Made by a program: the position numbers and the translations under genes. The notes beneath the pieces are model-generated. The model made no database searches, was not told the origin of the DNA, and was given only the letters and a program-made list of their open reading frames with translations. A DNA stretch of 64,000 bases from an uncultured Actinomycetes bacterium (GTDB taxonomy: Bacteria > Actinomycetota > UBA4738 > HRBIN12): positions 204,909 to 268,908 of the forward strand of contig CAWCPZ010000010.1 in NCBI GenBank assembly GCA_963797635.1, written 5' to 3'. This document shows positions 18,624 through 29,105 of the stretch, piece by piece; within the stretch, counting starts at the first letter, position 1; each line of letters opens with the position of its first letter.

Positions 18624-19010
18624 GTGCCCCGCACCACCGTCGAGTTCGAGGTCACCGGCTGGGAACCCGCAGACGCCGATGAGCATCCTGACGGGCTCGT
18701 CCTGGGCCGCGCCGTCGTCCGCAAGGTGTTCCGAGGGGACCTCGACGCCACCAGCGTCGCCGACCTGCTCACCGTGGGCCGCGGGGACGACGGGCTCGCC
18801 TACACCGCGATCGAACGCGTGGAAGGGACCTTCGCGGGACGATCGGGCACGTTCGTGATCGTGCACGGCGCGGCCGAGCCGAAGCCTCCCGCGCGCGGCA
18901 CGATCGTGGCGGGCGCCGGTACCGGCGACCTCGCGACCCTTCGCGGCACGGTCGAGATCGAGCACGATGACCGAGGCGCCCGGTTCACGTTCGACTACGA
19001 GATGGACTGA
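18624..19010 (+). CDS. DUF3224 domain-containing protein
   Basis: 128-aa beta-rich protein (MPRTTVEFEVTGWEP...FVIVHGAAEP...). GTG start. Confidence 0.55.
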   Translation: MPRTTVEFEVTGWEPADADEHPDGLVLGRAVVRKVFRGDLDATSVADLLTVGRGDDGLAYTAIERVEGTFAGRSGTFVIVHGAAEPKPPARGTIVAGAGTGDLATLRGTVEIEHDDRGARFTFDYEMD

Positions 19011-19043
19011 ACGCTACCCCCCACCGCTCCCTAGGATGGTGCG

Positions 19044-19751
19044 ATGACCGAGCGGGAACGGGGCCCTTCCATCTCGAGCGAGACGGCGAGCGAAGGCCGT
19101 CACCGGATGCGCGATATGGACACGCACACCCGAACGGACCTGATCACGATCGCCGTCGGTGTCCTGGTGCTGGTGGGGTGCGCCCTGCTCGCACGCAACG
19201 ACCTCACCGACGCCGAGGTCTGGATCTTCCAGGCGGCCAACGAACTCCCGCAGGGCTACCACGCGTTCGTGTGGCCGTTCATGCAGTACGGCACGTTCAT
19301 CACGATCCCGGTCCTGGCGCTGATCGCGTTCGCGTTCCGGCGGTTCCGCCTGGGGTGGGCGTTGCTGCTGGCCGGCACGAGCGTCTACCTGCTGGCCCTG
19401 GTCGCGAAACAGGCCGTCGAACGCGGGCGCCCCGGATGGCTCCTCAAGGGGGTCGAGACGCGCGAACGGTTCGGCGCCGAGAGCCTCGGGTTCCCGTCGG
19501 GGCACGCGGCGGTGGCCGCTGCCCTCACCGTGGTGGTGGCGGTGCATCTGTCGAAACGCTGGGCGATCGCGGCGGTGATCTTGGCCTGCGTGGTCATGTT
19601 CGGGCGGATGTACGTGGGTGCTCACCTGCCGCTGGATCTGGTGGGCGGCGCCGCACTGGGAGCGATCGCGGGCGGCGTGGCGAACCTGCTCATCCCGCCG
19701 AGGCCCCGACAGCATCCTGAGGGAGCGAGCGAGCACCACCGCGAACCGTGA
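19044..19751 (+). CDS. phosphatase PAP2 family membrane protein
   Basis: Multi-TM protein with PAP2 motifs (KQAVERGRP ... PSGH ... SRMYVGAHLPLD). Confidence 0.75.
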   Translation: MTERERGPSISSETASEGRHRMRDMDTHTRTDLITIAVGVLVLVGCALLARNDLTDAEVWIFQAANELPQGYHAFVWPFMQYGTFITIPVLALIAFAFRRFRLGWALLLAGTSVYLLALVAKQAVERGRPGWLLKGVETRERFGAESLGFPSGHAAVAAALTVVVAVHLSKRWAIAAVILACVVMFGRMYVGAHLPLDLVGGAALGAIAGGVANLLIPPRPRQHPEGASEHHREP

Positions 19752-19797
19752 TGCTGACCCACTTCCGGTGGCGCCCCGATCGGGTCAGGATCGGCTC

Positions 19798-21876
19798 GTG
19801 GTGAACCGTCTGCAGGAGTCCTCGAGAGCCCGAACGATCGCGTGGGTCGTGGGGGTGGTATCGGTCGTCCTGATCGTGGCCTCCCTGATCATCATGTACC
19901 TCGATCGAGGGGTCCCGTTGCCCGAGGACGTCACCACGGGAGACCTCAGCTACGGCTTGGACGTGCTGGTGAACATCTTCGTCCCGGTCATCGGCGTCGT
20001 GCTCGCGACGCGCCGTCCCAGCAGTCCGATCGGGTGGATGTTCCTGCTGGCGGGGTTCTTCCTCGGCCTGGGCAGCTTCACGCAGCAGTACGCCATCCGA
20101 GGCCTGATCGTCGAACCCGGCTCCCTGCCGCTGGTCTACGGCGTCGCCTGGGTGGCGAACTGGTCGTGGGCGATCCCGATCGGGGTGTTGCCGTTGCTGT
20201 TCCTGCTGTTCCCCGACGGTCGCCTGCCGTCGGAGCGGTGGCGATGGGTGGCATGGTTCGACGCCGTCGTCATCGCCGCCCTCACCGTGGGGGCGATGAT
20301 CCTGGCGGCGCTCGAGTGGAGTACCCCGTTCTCCGCCGATCCGGGCGAGGCCTCCGGCTCCTTGAGCGCCGCCGCGATCGTCACGTTCGGTATCAGCTTC
20401 CTCCTGATCCTGGTGTGCCTGCCCGTGTCGTTCGTGGGTCTCGTGACGCGGTTCCGACATTCACGCGGCGAGGAGCGGCTCCAACTCAAGTGGTTCGTCA
20501 CCGCGGCCGCGTTCGTCGCGGCATCGTTCGCGGTGACCGGCATCTTCGACGGCGCCGAGCTCCTCTCGACCTTCTCGCTGCTCTTCCTCTACGCATCGAT
20601 CGCGATCGCGGTGTTGAAGTACCGGCTGTACGACATCGATGTCGTGATCGGCAGGGCCGTGGTGTTCGCGGTGCTGGCGGCATTCATCACGATCGTCTAC
20701 ATCGGGCTCGTCGTCGGCGTCGGCACGCTGGTCGGCAACGATCGGAGTCCACTGCTCTCCGCGGTGGCCGCCGCGGTGGTGGCCGTGGCCTTCCAACCGG
20801 TGCGTGAACGCGCGCGACGGCTGGCCAACCGCGTGGTCTACGGCAAGCGCGCGACCCCGTACGAAGTGCTCGCCGGCTTCGCCGAGCGTGCGAGCGAGAC
20901 CTACTCCACCGACGACGTGCTGCCGCGGCTGGTCCGTGTGTTGGCCGAAGGGATCGGCGCCGAGCGTGCCACCGTGTGGCTGGCCGTGGGTTCGGAGCTC
21001 CGGCCCGCGTCGTCCTGGCCCGACGGCGCGACGGCCTCGCCGGTCCTTCGCCGGAGCGGTTCCGATCAGGACCTCCCGGCGTTCCCCGACCGGGAGCGGG
21101 CGTTCCCCGTCCGTCACGGCGGCGAACTGCTTGGCGCGATCAGCGTCGTGACGCCGCCGACCGAACCGCTGGGACCCGATCGTGAGCGTCTGGTGTCCGA
21201 CGTCGCCGCGCAGACCGGGTTGGTGCTGCGCAACGTGCGGCTGATCGAGGACCTTCGCGAGTCGCGCCGCCGCATCGTCGCCACGCAGGATGTTCGGGCG
21301 AAGGCGTTGGAGCGGAACATCCACGACGGTGCGCAGCAACAACTGGTGGCGCTGGCGGTGAAGCAGCGTCTCGCGGAGTCCCTGGTGGATCGCGATCCGG
21401 CGCAGGCCAAGTCGATGCTGGCCGACATCCAGGCCGAGACCCACGACGCGCTCGAGAACCTGCGAGACCTGGCCCGCGGGATCTATCCGCCGTTGCTGGC
21501 CGACCAAGGGCTCGCGGCAGCGTTGCAGGCCCAAGCTCGCAAGTCGGTGGTGCCGGTCGATGTCCATGCCGACGGGATCGGCCGATGTTCCCAGGAGGTC
21601 GAGTCGGCGGTGTACTTCTCCTGCCTGGAAGCGATGCAGAACGTGGCCAAGTACGCGAACGCCTCGCACGTGACGATCGACCTCGAGGAGTCGGGTGGCT
21701 CGCTGCGGTTCACGGTGGTGGACGACGGGATCGGCTTCGACCTCGGCGCGACGTCCTACGGCACCGGCCTCCAGGGGATGGCCGACCGTCTCGACGCCAT
21801 CAGTGGCTCGCTCGAGGTTCGCAGCGCCCCGGGCGGCGGGACGACGATCGAAGGCATGGTGCCGCTCGGCGCCTGA
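19798..21876 (+). CDS. sensor histidine kinase (multi-TM sensor, GAF domain, HisKA_3 + HATPase); no adjacent response regulator
   Basis: GTG start at 19798 after the PAP2 stop. Six or more TM helices, a GAF-like region (ATVWLAVGSELRP...HGGELLGAISVV), the H-box IHDGAQQQLVAL, and an ATPase region (VYFSCLEAMQNVAKYA...DDGIGF...GTGLQGMADRL). Confidence 0.8.
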   Translation: MVNRLQESSRARTIAWVVGVVSVVLIVASLIIMYLDRGVPLPEDVTTGDLSYGLDVLVNIFVPVIGVVLATRRPSSPIGWMFLLAGFFLGLGSFTQQYAIRGLIVEPGSLPLVYGVAWVANWSWAIPIGVLPLLFLLFPDGRLPSERWRWVAWFDAVVIAALTVGAMILAALEWSTPFSADPGEASGSLSAAAIVTFGISFLLILVCLPVSFVGLVTRFRHSRGEERLQLKWFVTAAAFVAASFAVTGIFDGAELLSTFSLLFLYASIAIAVLKYRLYDIDVVIGRAVVFAVLAAFITIVYIGLVVGVGTLVGNDRSPLLSAVAAAVVAVAFQPVRERARRLANRVVYGKRATPYEVLAGFAERASETYSTDDVLPRLVRVLAEGIGAERATVWLAVGSELRPASSWPDGATASPVLRRSGSDQDLPAFPDRERAFPVRHGGELLGAISVVTPPTEPLGPDRERLVSDVAAQTGLVLRNVRLIEDLRESRRRIVATQDVRAKALERNIHDGAQQQLVALAVKQRLAESLVDRDPAQAKSMLADIQAETHDALENLRDLARGIYPPLLADQGLAAALQAQARKSVVPVDVHADGIGRCSQEVESAVYFSCLEAMQNVAKYANASHVTIDLEESGGSLRFTVVDDGIGFDLGATSYGTGLQGMADRLDAISGSLEVRSAPGGGTTIEGMVPLGA

Positions 21877-22016
21877 TCCTGGGCGGAGGCCGGCTCCATC
21901 TCAGGATCGATATCCGGAGATCGGCTGGAGCTTGCGAGGTCCCGACATACCAGAAGCGATATGTCGCCTGAGCGCGCCCGAAGTCGCGAAGCAGGTGTGG
22001 GACCATCGGATGACGC

Positions 22017-23091
22017 ATGGAGATCGGCCTCTACACCTTCGCGGAGCTCTACCCCGACCCGCAGACCGGGGAGACGATCAGTGCCGAGCAGCGGATGCGG
22101 AACCTGCTGGAGGAGGTCGAGCTCGCCGACCAACTCGGCCTGGACGTCTTCGGCGTCGGTGAACATCACCGGCCGGACCTGATCGTGTCCTCGCCCGCGG
22201 TGGTGCTGGCCGCCGCAGCGCAGCGCACCGAGCGCATCCGGCTCACCAGCGCGGTGAGCGTGATCAGCTCCGATGACCCGGTCCGGGTGTTCCAGGACTT
22301 CGCGACGCTCGACCTCCTGTCGGGCGGACGCGCCGAGATCATGGCGGGCCGCGGCTCCTTCACGGAGTCGTTCCCGTTGTTCGGCTACGACCTCAACGAC
22401 TACGACGAGCTGTTCGAGGAGAAGCTGAAGCTGTTGATCGCGCTCCGTGAGGACGAACGCCTCACGTGGTCGGGCCGGCATCGTTCGCCGCTGGACGGCC
22501 GGGTGGGCGTCTATCCCCGCCCCGTGCAGGATCCGCTGCCGATCTGGGTCGCCGTGGGTGGCGCACCGGAATCGGCGTTCCGCGCCGGCACGCTGGGCCT
22601 GCCGATGGCGATCGCCATCATCGGGGGCCTGGCCGAGCGGTTCGCGCCCTTCGCCGAACTCCACCACGACGCGGCGCGCCAGGCCGGGTTCGATCCCGTT
22701 CCCCCGATCAGCATCAACTCCCACGGCTACATCGCGGAAACCACCGAGCAGGCGATCGAGGAATCGTTCCCCTACGTGGCCGCGATGATGAACACGATCG
22801 GCAAGGAACGCGGCTGGCCGCCGATGACCCTGGACCAGTACGCGGCGAGCGCCACCCTTCACGGTGCGAACTTCGTCGGCTCGCCACAGGACGTGATCGA
22901 CAAGATCCTGTTCCAGTACGACGTGTTCCACCACGACCGGTTCCTGGTGCAGTTCAGCGTAGGCACGCTGCCGCACGACAAGCTGATGCGCTCGATCGAG
23001 CTCCTGGGCAAGGAAGTCGTGCCCGTCGTGAAGCAGGAACTCGCCCGCCGCCAGGCCGAGTCGCTCCGTGGCTACCAGCCGAGCGCGGTGA
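22017..23091 (+). CDS. LLM-class (luciferase-like) flavin-dependent oxidoreductase, likely F420- or FMN-dependent; 3' end uncertain
   Basis: Starts [54 protein letters not shown].... The printed frame has no stop until 23369 and would run 300 bp into the convergent ATPase gene. A stop exists at 23089-23091 in the adjacent frame, so I suspect a terminal frameshift. Confidence 0.6.
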
Positions 23092-23593
23092 CGATCTGGA
23101 GTGCGACCTCGCGGATGGAGCCGACGTTCTCGAAGGTGAGATCGCCGACGGTGTCGCCGCGGCCCTCGGCCACCTGTCGTTCGGCTTCGGCCAGGTCGTC
23201 CTGCCGTCCAGCCGTCACCGATACGGAGAGCCGGCGTTCGATCTCGTCGAAGGGGAGCGTGAGCCGGACCACCGTGAGCGGCATCGCGAGCGCGGCCCGC
23301 AGGTCGTCCACGTCGCGCTGGGTCTCCATCATGCGCGCCAGCGCGAACCGGCGGACGCCCGTGTCGTAGTAGTTGCCCACGACGGCGTCGACGTTCTTCA
23401 GCATCACGGGCATCCCCGCCCAATGGTCGCCGCCCGAACCAGGGTCGAACCAGCTCAGCCAGTCGAGGTCGATCGCGCCGTAGCGCACGCCGCGCGCTTC
23501 GAGGATGTCGGCGATCTCCTCGATCGCCGAGGTCTTGCCCGTGCCGAAGGCGCCGGTGACCAGCACGGCTTCGGCGTCGGGGCGATCGGCCAT
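23072..23593 (-). CDS. small P-loop NTPase (AAA/kinase-like ATP-binding protein)
   Basis: 173 aa with Walker A ([19 protein letters not shown]) and Walker B-like (IDLDWLSW) motifs. Confidence 0.6.
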   Translation of the reverse strand: MADRPDAEAVLVTGAFGTGKTSAIEEIADILEARGVRYGAIDLDWLSWFDPGSGGDHWAGMPVMLKNVDAVVGNYYDTGVRRFALARMMETQRDVDDLRAALAMPLTVVRLTLPFDEIERRLSVSVTAGRQDDLAEAERQVAEGRGDTVGDLTFENVGSIREVALQIVTALGW

Positions 23594-23599
23594 CGGGGC

Positions 23600-24049
23600 C
23601 TAGCGAGCCTTGCCTTCGCGGAGCAGCGACATGGACTTGTCGATCCGGCGCTGCCGCGTCTCGGCGGCCTTCGCGCCTTCGATCGACTCCACGTGCCAGC
23701 GTTGCAGGCTGTAGCTCAGACCGCCGAAGAACGCCTCCGCCGAGGGTTCCGCGGCGAGCGCGGCGGCGAAGTCCTCCGGGACCTCCACCTCCCGCGGTGC
23801 GGTGTCGAGCGTGACCTCGACGTCGACCACGTCGCCGGCCGACACGCCCGCGGCCGTCCGGTGCTCGGCGCTCAACGGGAGCATGAACACGTCGCCGTAG
23901 GCTGCCACCGTGCTTCGGTAGGTGTGCGCACCGATCGTGACCTGCACGGGCGGTCGCTTGCCCTTGCCGAGTTCCTCGACGACCTTGGCGGGGACCGGGA
24001 TGCCCGTGGCGGTCTTGCCGTTCAGCTGGATCGTGGCGCGGAATCGCAT
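23600..24049 (-). CDS. YdeI/OmpD-associated family protein (DUF1905 + DUF1801)
   Basis: Start at ATG 24049 (MRFRATIQLNGKTATGIPVPAKVVEELGKGKRPPVQVTIGAHTYRS...). The C-terminal LSYSLQRWHVESIEGAKAAETRQRRIDKSMSLL is typical of this family. Confidence 0.65.
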   Translation of the reverse strand: MRFRATIQLNGKTATGIPVPAKVVEELGKGKRPPVQVTIGAHTYRSTVAAYGDVFMLPLSAEHRTAAGVSAGDVVDVEVTLDTAPREVEVPEDFAAALAAEPSAEAFFGGLSYSLQRWHVESIEGAKAAETRQRRIDKSMSLLREGKAR

Positions 24050-24063
24050 GGCGACATCTTCGC

Positions 24064-24853
24064 TCAGCCGAAGAACTCCTCCAACACGGGAGCCATGGCC
24101 TCGTCCGTGACGCCGTGCGTCTGGCCCTCGAGCGTTCGGTAGCGGGCGTTGGGCAGGACCGTCGCCAACGCACGTGCCGCGTTGCGCGCCCAATCGGGAC
24201 TCGCGCCGCCGTCCATCACCAGGGTCGGCATCGTCACGGTGGCCCACCGCTCACCCTGGAGCGGGCGGCCCGTCATCGTGTCGCCCATGACCCTGCCGTC
24301 GTAGACCAGGGTGTGCGCCATCGCTTCCATGGCCGGCCAGAACGGCGCGCTCCGCATCGACGCCACGGTGTCGGCCGGCGCCGCCGCCCCCGTGGTCATG
24401 AAGTACTCGACGGCATCGCCTCGCCGGTCCCCGGCCACGAGATCGGTGAGCTGTGCCACGTAGTCCGGCGGGAGCGGGGGGCGGCTGTCGTCCACGACGA
24501 ACGGCGGTTCGTAGAGCGCGAGCCGATCGATCGGGAGGCCCCGGGATGCGGCTTCGAGCGCGAGGACGGCGCCGGAGGAGTGCCCGTACACGCACGCCCG
24601 GCCGCCGGCGACCTCGAGCACGGCCGCGAGGTCCTCCACCTCACGCTCGACGGCGTACGGCGCGGTGTCGCCGCTCGATCCACGTCCCACGACGGTCGTA
24701 GACGAACACGTCGCACCGCGCGGACAGGAGGGTCGCGAGCGGTGACATCGCCGCGGCGGTCGTGAGCGCGCCACCCACGAACACGACCGCGGGACCGGCG
24801 CCCGATCGATCGAACGCGATCGTGGCGCCGTCCCGCGACCGGACGTCGTTCAC
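24064..24853 (-). CDS. alpha/beta hydrolase; frameshifted near 24690
   Basis: The N-terminal part (MNDVRSRDGATIAFDRSGAGPAVVFVGGA...CDVFVYDRRG) and the rest (RGSSGDTAPYAVEREVEDLAAV...VYGHSSGAVLALEAA...) are in adjacent frames. Deleting one G in cgtcgtggga restores the frame. It is a paralog of the gene at 32836..33612. Confidence 0.65.
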
Positions 24854-26229
24854 GCCGGGTCTCTCGGCGGGATGTTCTGGTTCAGGTGGAACAGGTTGGT
24901 CGGGTCGTACCTGGTCTTGATCTCCGTGAGGCGCTCCCAGGTGGGTCCGGGGTAGGCGTCGTGCACCCGTTCAGCACCTTCGTCGTTCACGAAGTTGACG
25001 TAGGCGCCGTGGTCATCCTGCAGCAGCGCCTGGTGGAACGCCTCGACCCATGCCTCCCGGTCCCCCCGTTGATCCGGGTGGTCGACGAAGGCGGCCAGGT
25101 TCACCATGATCTTGCTGCCGCGGTGCGCGAATGCGGTCGCATCGGCCGGGACCCGAGCGATGGCGCCACCGAGCACCCGGAGTTGTGCGACCCGCATCGA
25201 GGCATCGGACGCCTCGAGGTGTTCGAGGATCGTCTCCGCGACCGAGTGGTCGATGCCGTCGACGAACATCGTGCGGCTGATGGCGACAGGGTGGTAGTCC
25301 TCGTCCTCGGGCATGTACATCTGCGGGTACGGGATCGCCCCCAGCATGTCGGCGATGGGCTCCGCCAAGGCTCGGAACGGTGCCAGCGCCCGTTCGCCCG
25401 CCTCGGCCTCGCCCGCGAACGTCATGAAGGCCAGCACCACCAGCGTGCCCTGCACGGCCTCCGGTACGAACGGCGCCGGGGGTGCGGGCATCACGTTCGC
25501 GATCGTCGAGAGCTCATCGGGAGCGCGGTCCGCCTCGGCGATGAATCCGGCGATCACATCGGCGGACGCGGGCAGCATCAACATGCCGCCCACCACGGTC
25601 CCGACCGGATGCAGGCGCAACTGCAGCCGGGTCACCACACCGAAGTTGCCGCCGCCTCCGCGGATCGCCCAGAACAGATCGGGCTCGTGGTCGGCGTCGA
25701 CCTGCCGGATCCGGCCGTCGGCGGTGACCACCTCGGCGGCGAGCAGATCGTCGATCGTCATGCCGTACTTGCGTGACAGGAACCCGACGCCGCCGCCAAC
25801 CGTGATGCCGCCGATCCCGACCGACCCGGCGTCGCCGAAGCCGGTGGCGAGGCCGTGCGTGCCGGCCTCGGCGGTGTACTCGGCGGCGGTCAGGCCCGGT
25901 TGCACCCACGCCGTGCGGGCATCCACATCGATCTCGAGCGCCCGCAGATCTCGCAGATCGAGCAGGATGCCGCCCTCGGTCGTGCTGTGACCCGCACCGC
26001 TGTGACCGCCGCTCCGGACGGCGAGTTCGACGCCGGTCTCGCTGGCGAACATCACCGTCCGCGCCACGTCGTCGGCATCGGCCGCCATCACGATGGCCGC
26101 CGGCCGGCGGTCGATCCCGCCCATGAAGGCGGTGCGCCGCTCGTCGTAGTCGTCGTCGCCGGGCACGATCACCCGGCCGCGAACGCGGTCGTCCAGGTGT
26201 GATCGCGTGATCGTGGGTTGCGTCGTCAT
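24850..26229 (-). CDS. FAD-binding oxidoreductase (PCMH-type FAD domain, BBE/vanillyl-alcohol-oxidase-like)
   Basis: 459 aa with FAD-binding motifs (...VRSGGHSGAGHSTTEGGILLDLR..., ...IRGGGGNFGVVT...). Its stop is coupled to the downstream hydrolase start. Confidence 0.85.
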   Translation of the reverse strand: MTTQPTITRSHLDDRVRGRVIVPGDDDYDERRTAFMGGIDRRPAAIVMAADADDVARTVMFASETGVELAVRSGGHSGAGHSTTEGGILLDLRDLRALEIDVDARTAWVQPGLTAAEYTAEAGTHGLATGFGDAGSVGIGGITVGGGVGFLSRKYGMTIDDLLAAEVVTADGRIRQVDADHEPDLFWAIRGGGGNFGVVTRLQLRLHPVGTVVGGMLMLPASADVIAGFIAEADRAPDELSTIANVMPAPPAPFVPEAVQGTLVVLAFMTFAGEAEAGERALAPFRALAEPIADMLGAIPYPQMYMPEDEDYHPVAISRTMFVDGIDHSVAETILEHLEASDASMRVAQLRVLGGAIARVPADATAFAHRGSKIMVNLAAFVDHPDQRGDREAWVEAFHQALLQDDHGAYVNFVNDEGAERVHDAYPGPTWERLTEIKTRYDPTNLFHLNQNIPPRDPA

Positions 26230-26239
26230 GGTTCCCTCC

Positions 26240-26725
26240 TCAGTCGTCGTCGTCGTGCCGCGCCTTCAGGCTCTCGCCCTGCTGCTTGCCCACGACACCC
26301 TTGAGCGTGTCGAGGTAGTCGGGCCAACCGCCCATGAAGTCGTCGCGGTCCTCTTCGCGCTCGAACCCGGTCTGCACCATCGTGAGCAGCGTCTTGCCGT
26401 CCTGGTCCTCGAAGGTGAGCGTCATCTCGGTGTCGACCGAGCGCCCACCCCATTCGGCGACCTTCATGGAGTGCCGGAACACCAGACGGTGCGGTCGATC
26501 CACCACGGTGAACACGCGCGTCTCGACGTCGGGCTCGACCCCTTCGGGCCCCATCGAGTAGGTGGAGGTGCCGCCCACGCGGACGTCCGTCTCGGCTCGT
26601 TGGATGGCCCACCCCTCGGTGCCTTCACCGTGGAGTTCCGCTTGGTTGGCGGGATCGGTGAACGCGTCGAAGACCACCTCGGGTGGCGCGTCGTAGAGGC
26701 GTTCCAGTCGCAGTTCGTAGGTCAT
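26240..26725 (-). CDS. SRPBCC family protein (AHSA1/Aha1-like activator of Hsp90 ATPase homolog domain)
   Basis: Start at ATG 26725 (MTYELRLERLYDAPPEVVFDAFTDP...). This is the usual partner of the upstream ArsR. Confidence 0.75.
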   Translation of the reverse strand: MTYELRLERLYDAPPEVVFDAFTDPANQAELHGEGTEGWAIQRAETDVRVGGTSTYSMGPEGVEPDVETRVFTVVDRPHRLVFRHSMKVAEWGGRSVDTEMTLTFEDQDGKTLLTMVQTGFEREEDRDDFMGGWPDYLDTLKGVVGKQQGESLKARHDDDD

Positions 26726-27063
26726 CGGTTCCCCTTCCCTTCCTTCGTGCGTTCGACGATCTGGCCCAGCCGGTCGAAGCGACGCTCCCACTGCAGCCGG
26801 TACACCTCGATCCACCGCGAAACCTCATCCATATCCCCGGCCTCGAGACGGCATTCACGTGTGCGCCCCTTTTTCTCGGTGGTCACGAGCCCGGCTCCTT
26901 CGAGGATGCGGATGTGCTTCATGACGCCGGGCAGCGAGATGGCAAGCGGGCGAGCGAGTTCGCTGATCGATGCCGGCCCGAACGACAGGCGCTCGAGGAT
27001 GTCGCGGCGCCTCGGGTCCGAGAGCGCCGAGAACGTCCGGTCGAGGGTCTGAGACTGAACCAT
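26722..27063 (-). CDS. ArsR/SmtB family transcriptional regulator
   Basis: Start at ATG 27063 (MVQSQTLDRTFSALSDPRRRDILERLSFGPASISELARPLAISLPGVMKHIRILEGAGLV...), which contains the winged-helix ArsR motif. Its stop overlaps the start of the SRPBCC gene. Confidence 0.8.
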   Translation of the reverse strand: MVQSQTLDRTFSALSDPRRRDILERLSFGPASISELARPLAISLPGVMKHIRILEGAGLVTTEKKGRTRECRLEAGDMDEVSRWIEVYRLQWERRFDRLGQIVERTKEGKGNR

Positions 27064-27133
27064 CTGGTTAAGTATCGCCGTCGAGGGCCGAAGCGTCAAC
27101 CGGTCAACGCGTCCCGCCGAATCGTTCCTCGGG

Positions 27134-28327
27134 ATGACGCCGGGCGCCCGGCGGACCGTTACCGTCCAGGTCGTGGAACGACGCACGTGGTGGGAGCGCC
27201 TGCGCGGGATCAACCCGCTGGTGGTGGACGGGCTCCTCGCCGCGACGATCCTGGGGCTCTCCCTCTTCGCAGCGACCCTCGGTCCCGAGCCGGTCGACCG
27301 CCGCGATCCCGACGCCTTCGCGTTCCTCCTGATCGTTCTCGGATGCGTGCCGCTCATGTTCCGCCGTCGGGCCGCTCTGCCGGTGCTGTGGATCGTGTGC
27401 GCATCGGCGATCGCCTATGCAGCGTTCGGCTACCCGGACAACCTGGTCGTGTCGCTGGTGCTGGCGACCTACACCGCCGCCTCGCTTGAACCGCGTGAGC
27501 GGGTCCGCACCCTCGTGGCACCGGTCGCGCTGGTGGCCGGGATCGCGGCGCAGCTCGCCGCGCAGACCGGCTTCAACTGGCTCGAGGTCGTGGGCGGCGT
27601 GACCTTCTCGGTGGCGATCCCCATCGCCGTCGGTCGCGCGGTCTTCAACCGTCGGCGGCGCCTGCGCGAGGATCGGGAACGGATGGCCCACGATGCCGTC
27701 GTGCAGGAACGGGCCCGCATCGCCCGTGAGCTGCACGACGTCGTCGCGCACGCGATGAGCGTGATGATCGTCCAGGCCGGAGCCGCCAGGACCGTGGTCG
27801 AGCGCGATCCCGGTGAGGCAGCGCGGGCCCTTCGTCGGATCGAAGACACCGGCCGGTTCGGCATGGCCGAGATGCGCCGGCTGATCGGGGTGTTGAAAGC
27901 CGGAGATGAGGAAGCCGAGCTGATGCCCCAGCCGGGACTCGCACAGCTCGACCAGCTGCTCGAGACCGTTCGGAGCGCCGGCTTGCCCGTCGAGGCCGTG
28001 ACCGAGGGCACACCCCGGCCGCTGCCTCCCGGTGTCGAGCTCACCGCCTACCGCGTCGTGCAGGAGGGATTGACGAACGTGCTGAAGCACGCCGGCGGTG
28101 CGCATGCCCGCGCCACGGTGCGCTACGAGGAGGACGCGATCGCGGTGGAGGTGGCCGACGACGGTCGCGGGGCGGTCGTCGACCCGAACGGCACGCCCGG
28201 CCACGGCCTGCTCGGCATGCGCGAGCGGGTCGCGGTGTTCGACGGCACGCTCGAGACCGGCGCCAGAGCGGGCGGCGGCTTCGTGCTGCGCGCCCGGATC
28301 CCGCTGGACGCCGAGGTGGATGGATGA
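27134..28327 (+). CDS. sensor histidine kinase (HisKA_3/NarL-type partner)
   Basis: N-terminal TM helices, H-box ([23 protein letters not shown]) and ATPase region ([13 protein letters not shown]...DDGRG...[11 protein letters not shown]). Confidence 0.8.
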   Translation: MTPGARRTVTVQVVERRTWWERLRGINPLVVDGLLAATILGLSLFAATLGPEPVDRRDPDAFAFLLIVLGCVPLMFRRRAALPVLWIVCASAIAYAAFGYPDNLVVSLVLATYTAASLEPRERVRTLVAPVALVAGIAAQLAAQTGFNWLEVVGGVTFSVAIPIAVGRAVFNRRRRLREDRERMAHDAVVQERARIARELHDVVAHAMSVMIVQAGAARTVVERDPGEAARALRRIEDTGRFGMAEMRRLIGVLKAGDEEAELMPQPGLAQLDQLLETVRSAGLPVEAVTEGTPRPLPPGVELTAYRVVQEGLTNVLKHAGGAHARATVRYEEDAIAVEVADDGRGAVVDPNGTPGHGLLGMRERVAVFDGTLETGARAGGGFVLRARIPLDAEVDG

Positions 28328-28980
28328 GCACCACGGTGTTGATCGCGGACGACCAGGCCCTGATGCGGGGTGGGTTCCGCATGATCATCGACGCCGAACC
28401 CGATCTCGAGGTGGTGGGCGAGGCGATCGACGGCGCCGACGCCGTGCGGGGGTTCGAGCGGCTGCGGCCGAACGTGGTCGTGATGGACGTACGGATGCCC
28501 ACGATGGACGGGATCGAAGCCACCAGGCGCATCACCGACGCGGAGCCCGACGCGAAGATCCTGATCCTCACGACGTTCGATCTGGACGAGTACGTGTTCC
28601 AGGCGCTGCGTGCGGGTGCGAGCGGGTTCCTGCTGAAGGACCGTCCGCCCGAGGAACTGGTGGAGGCGATCCGGATCGTGGCGAGCGGCGACGCGCTGTT
28701 GGCTCCATCGATCACCAGGAGGCTCATCGAGGAGTTCTCCCGGCGACCCGTGGCGCCCGCTCCACCCGCCGAGCTGGCCGAGCTCACCGACCGCGAACGG
28801 GAGGTGCTGGTGCTGATGGCGCGAGGACTGTCGAACGCCGAGATCGCCGCCCAGCTCTTCGTCGCCGAGACCACGGTGAAGACCCACGTGGGCCGGGTGT
28901 TGCACAAGCTCCGGTTGCGTGACCGCGCGCAGGCCGTCGTCCTGGCGTACGAATCCGGCCTGGTCCAACCGGGCGCGTAG
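28324..28980 (+). CDS. response regulator, LuxR/NarL family
   Basis: REC domain ([14 protein letters not shown]...VMDVRMP) plus C-terminal LuxR HTH ([36 protein letters not shown]). Translationally coupled to the kinase. Confidence 0.9.
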   Translation: MSTTVLIADDQALMRGGFRMIIDAEPDLEVVGEAIDGADAVRGFERLRPNVVVMDVRMPTMDGIEATRRITDAEPDAKILILTTFDLDEYVFQALRAGASGFLLKDRPPEELVEAIRIVASGDALLAPSITRRLIEEFSRRPVAPAPPAELAELTDREREVLVLMARGLSNAEIAAQLFVAETTVKTHVGRVLHKLRLRDRAQAVVLAYESGLVQPGA

Positions 28981-29029
28981 TCGGCCCGCCGCCACGGGCG
29001 TCCTCCTGGGGGATGACCTCCGAACGGTA

Positions 29030-29052
29030 CCGGGGGCCGACGCGGCCCCCGG
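29030..29052 (+). terminator. GC-rich hairpin (CCGGGGGCC-GACGC-GGCCCCCGG) between the TCS and ABC genes; possible intrinsic terminator or attenuator
   Basis: Perfect 9-bp stem with a 5-nt loop and no U-tract, as is common for high-GC actinobacterial terminators. Lies 50 nt after the RR stop. Confidence 0.3.
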
Positions 29053-29105
29053 CCACCCGCTCCTAGCGTGGAACCCGACGGGAAGTCCACGTGAAGGAGA
29101 GGACG

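Noticed and set aside
15768-18965. 1065-aa ORF on the minus strand
   Set aside because: It is antisense to the PAS-GGDEF-EAL gene and the transketolase C-subunit. It is Arg/Gly/Asp/Pro-rich low-complexity sequence with no motifs, which is the typical stop-codon-poor antisense frame of a >70% GC genome.
19618-19797. Upstream extension of the histidine kinase ORF into the PAP2 gene
   Set aside because: It overlaps the PAP2 coding sequence. The in-frame GTG at 19798, right after the PAP2 stop, gives a sensible start.
21756-24173. 805-aa ORF on the minus strand
   Set aside because: It is antisense across the LLM oxidoreductase. Its composition is R/G/P/A-rich, with no domain signatures. The real genes lie on other frames.
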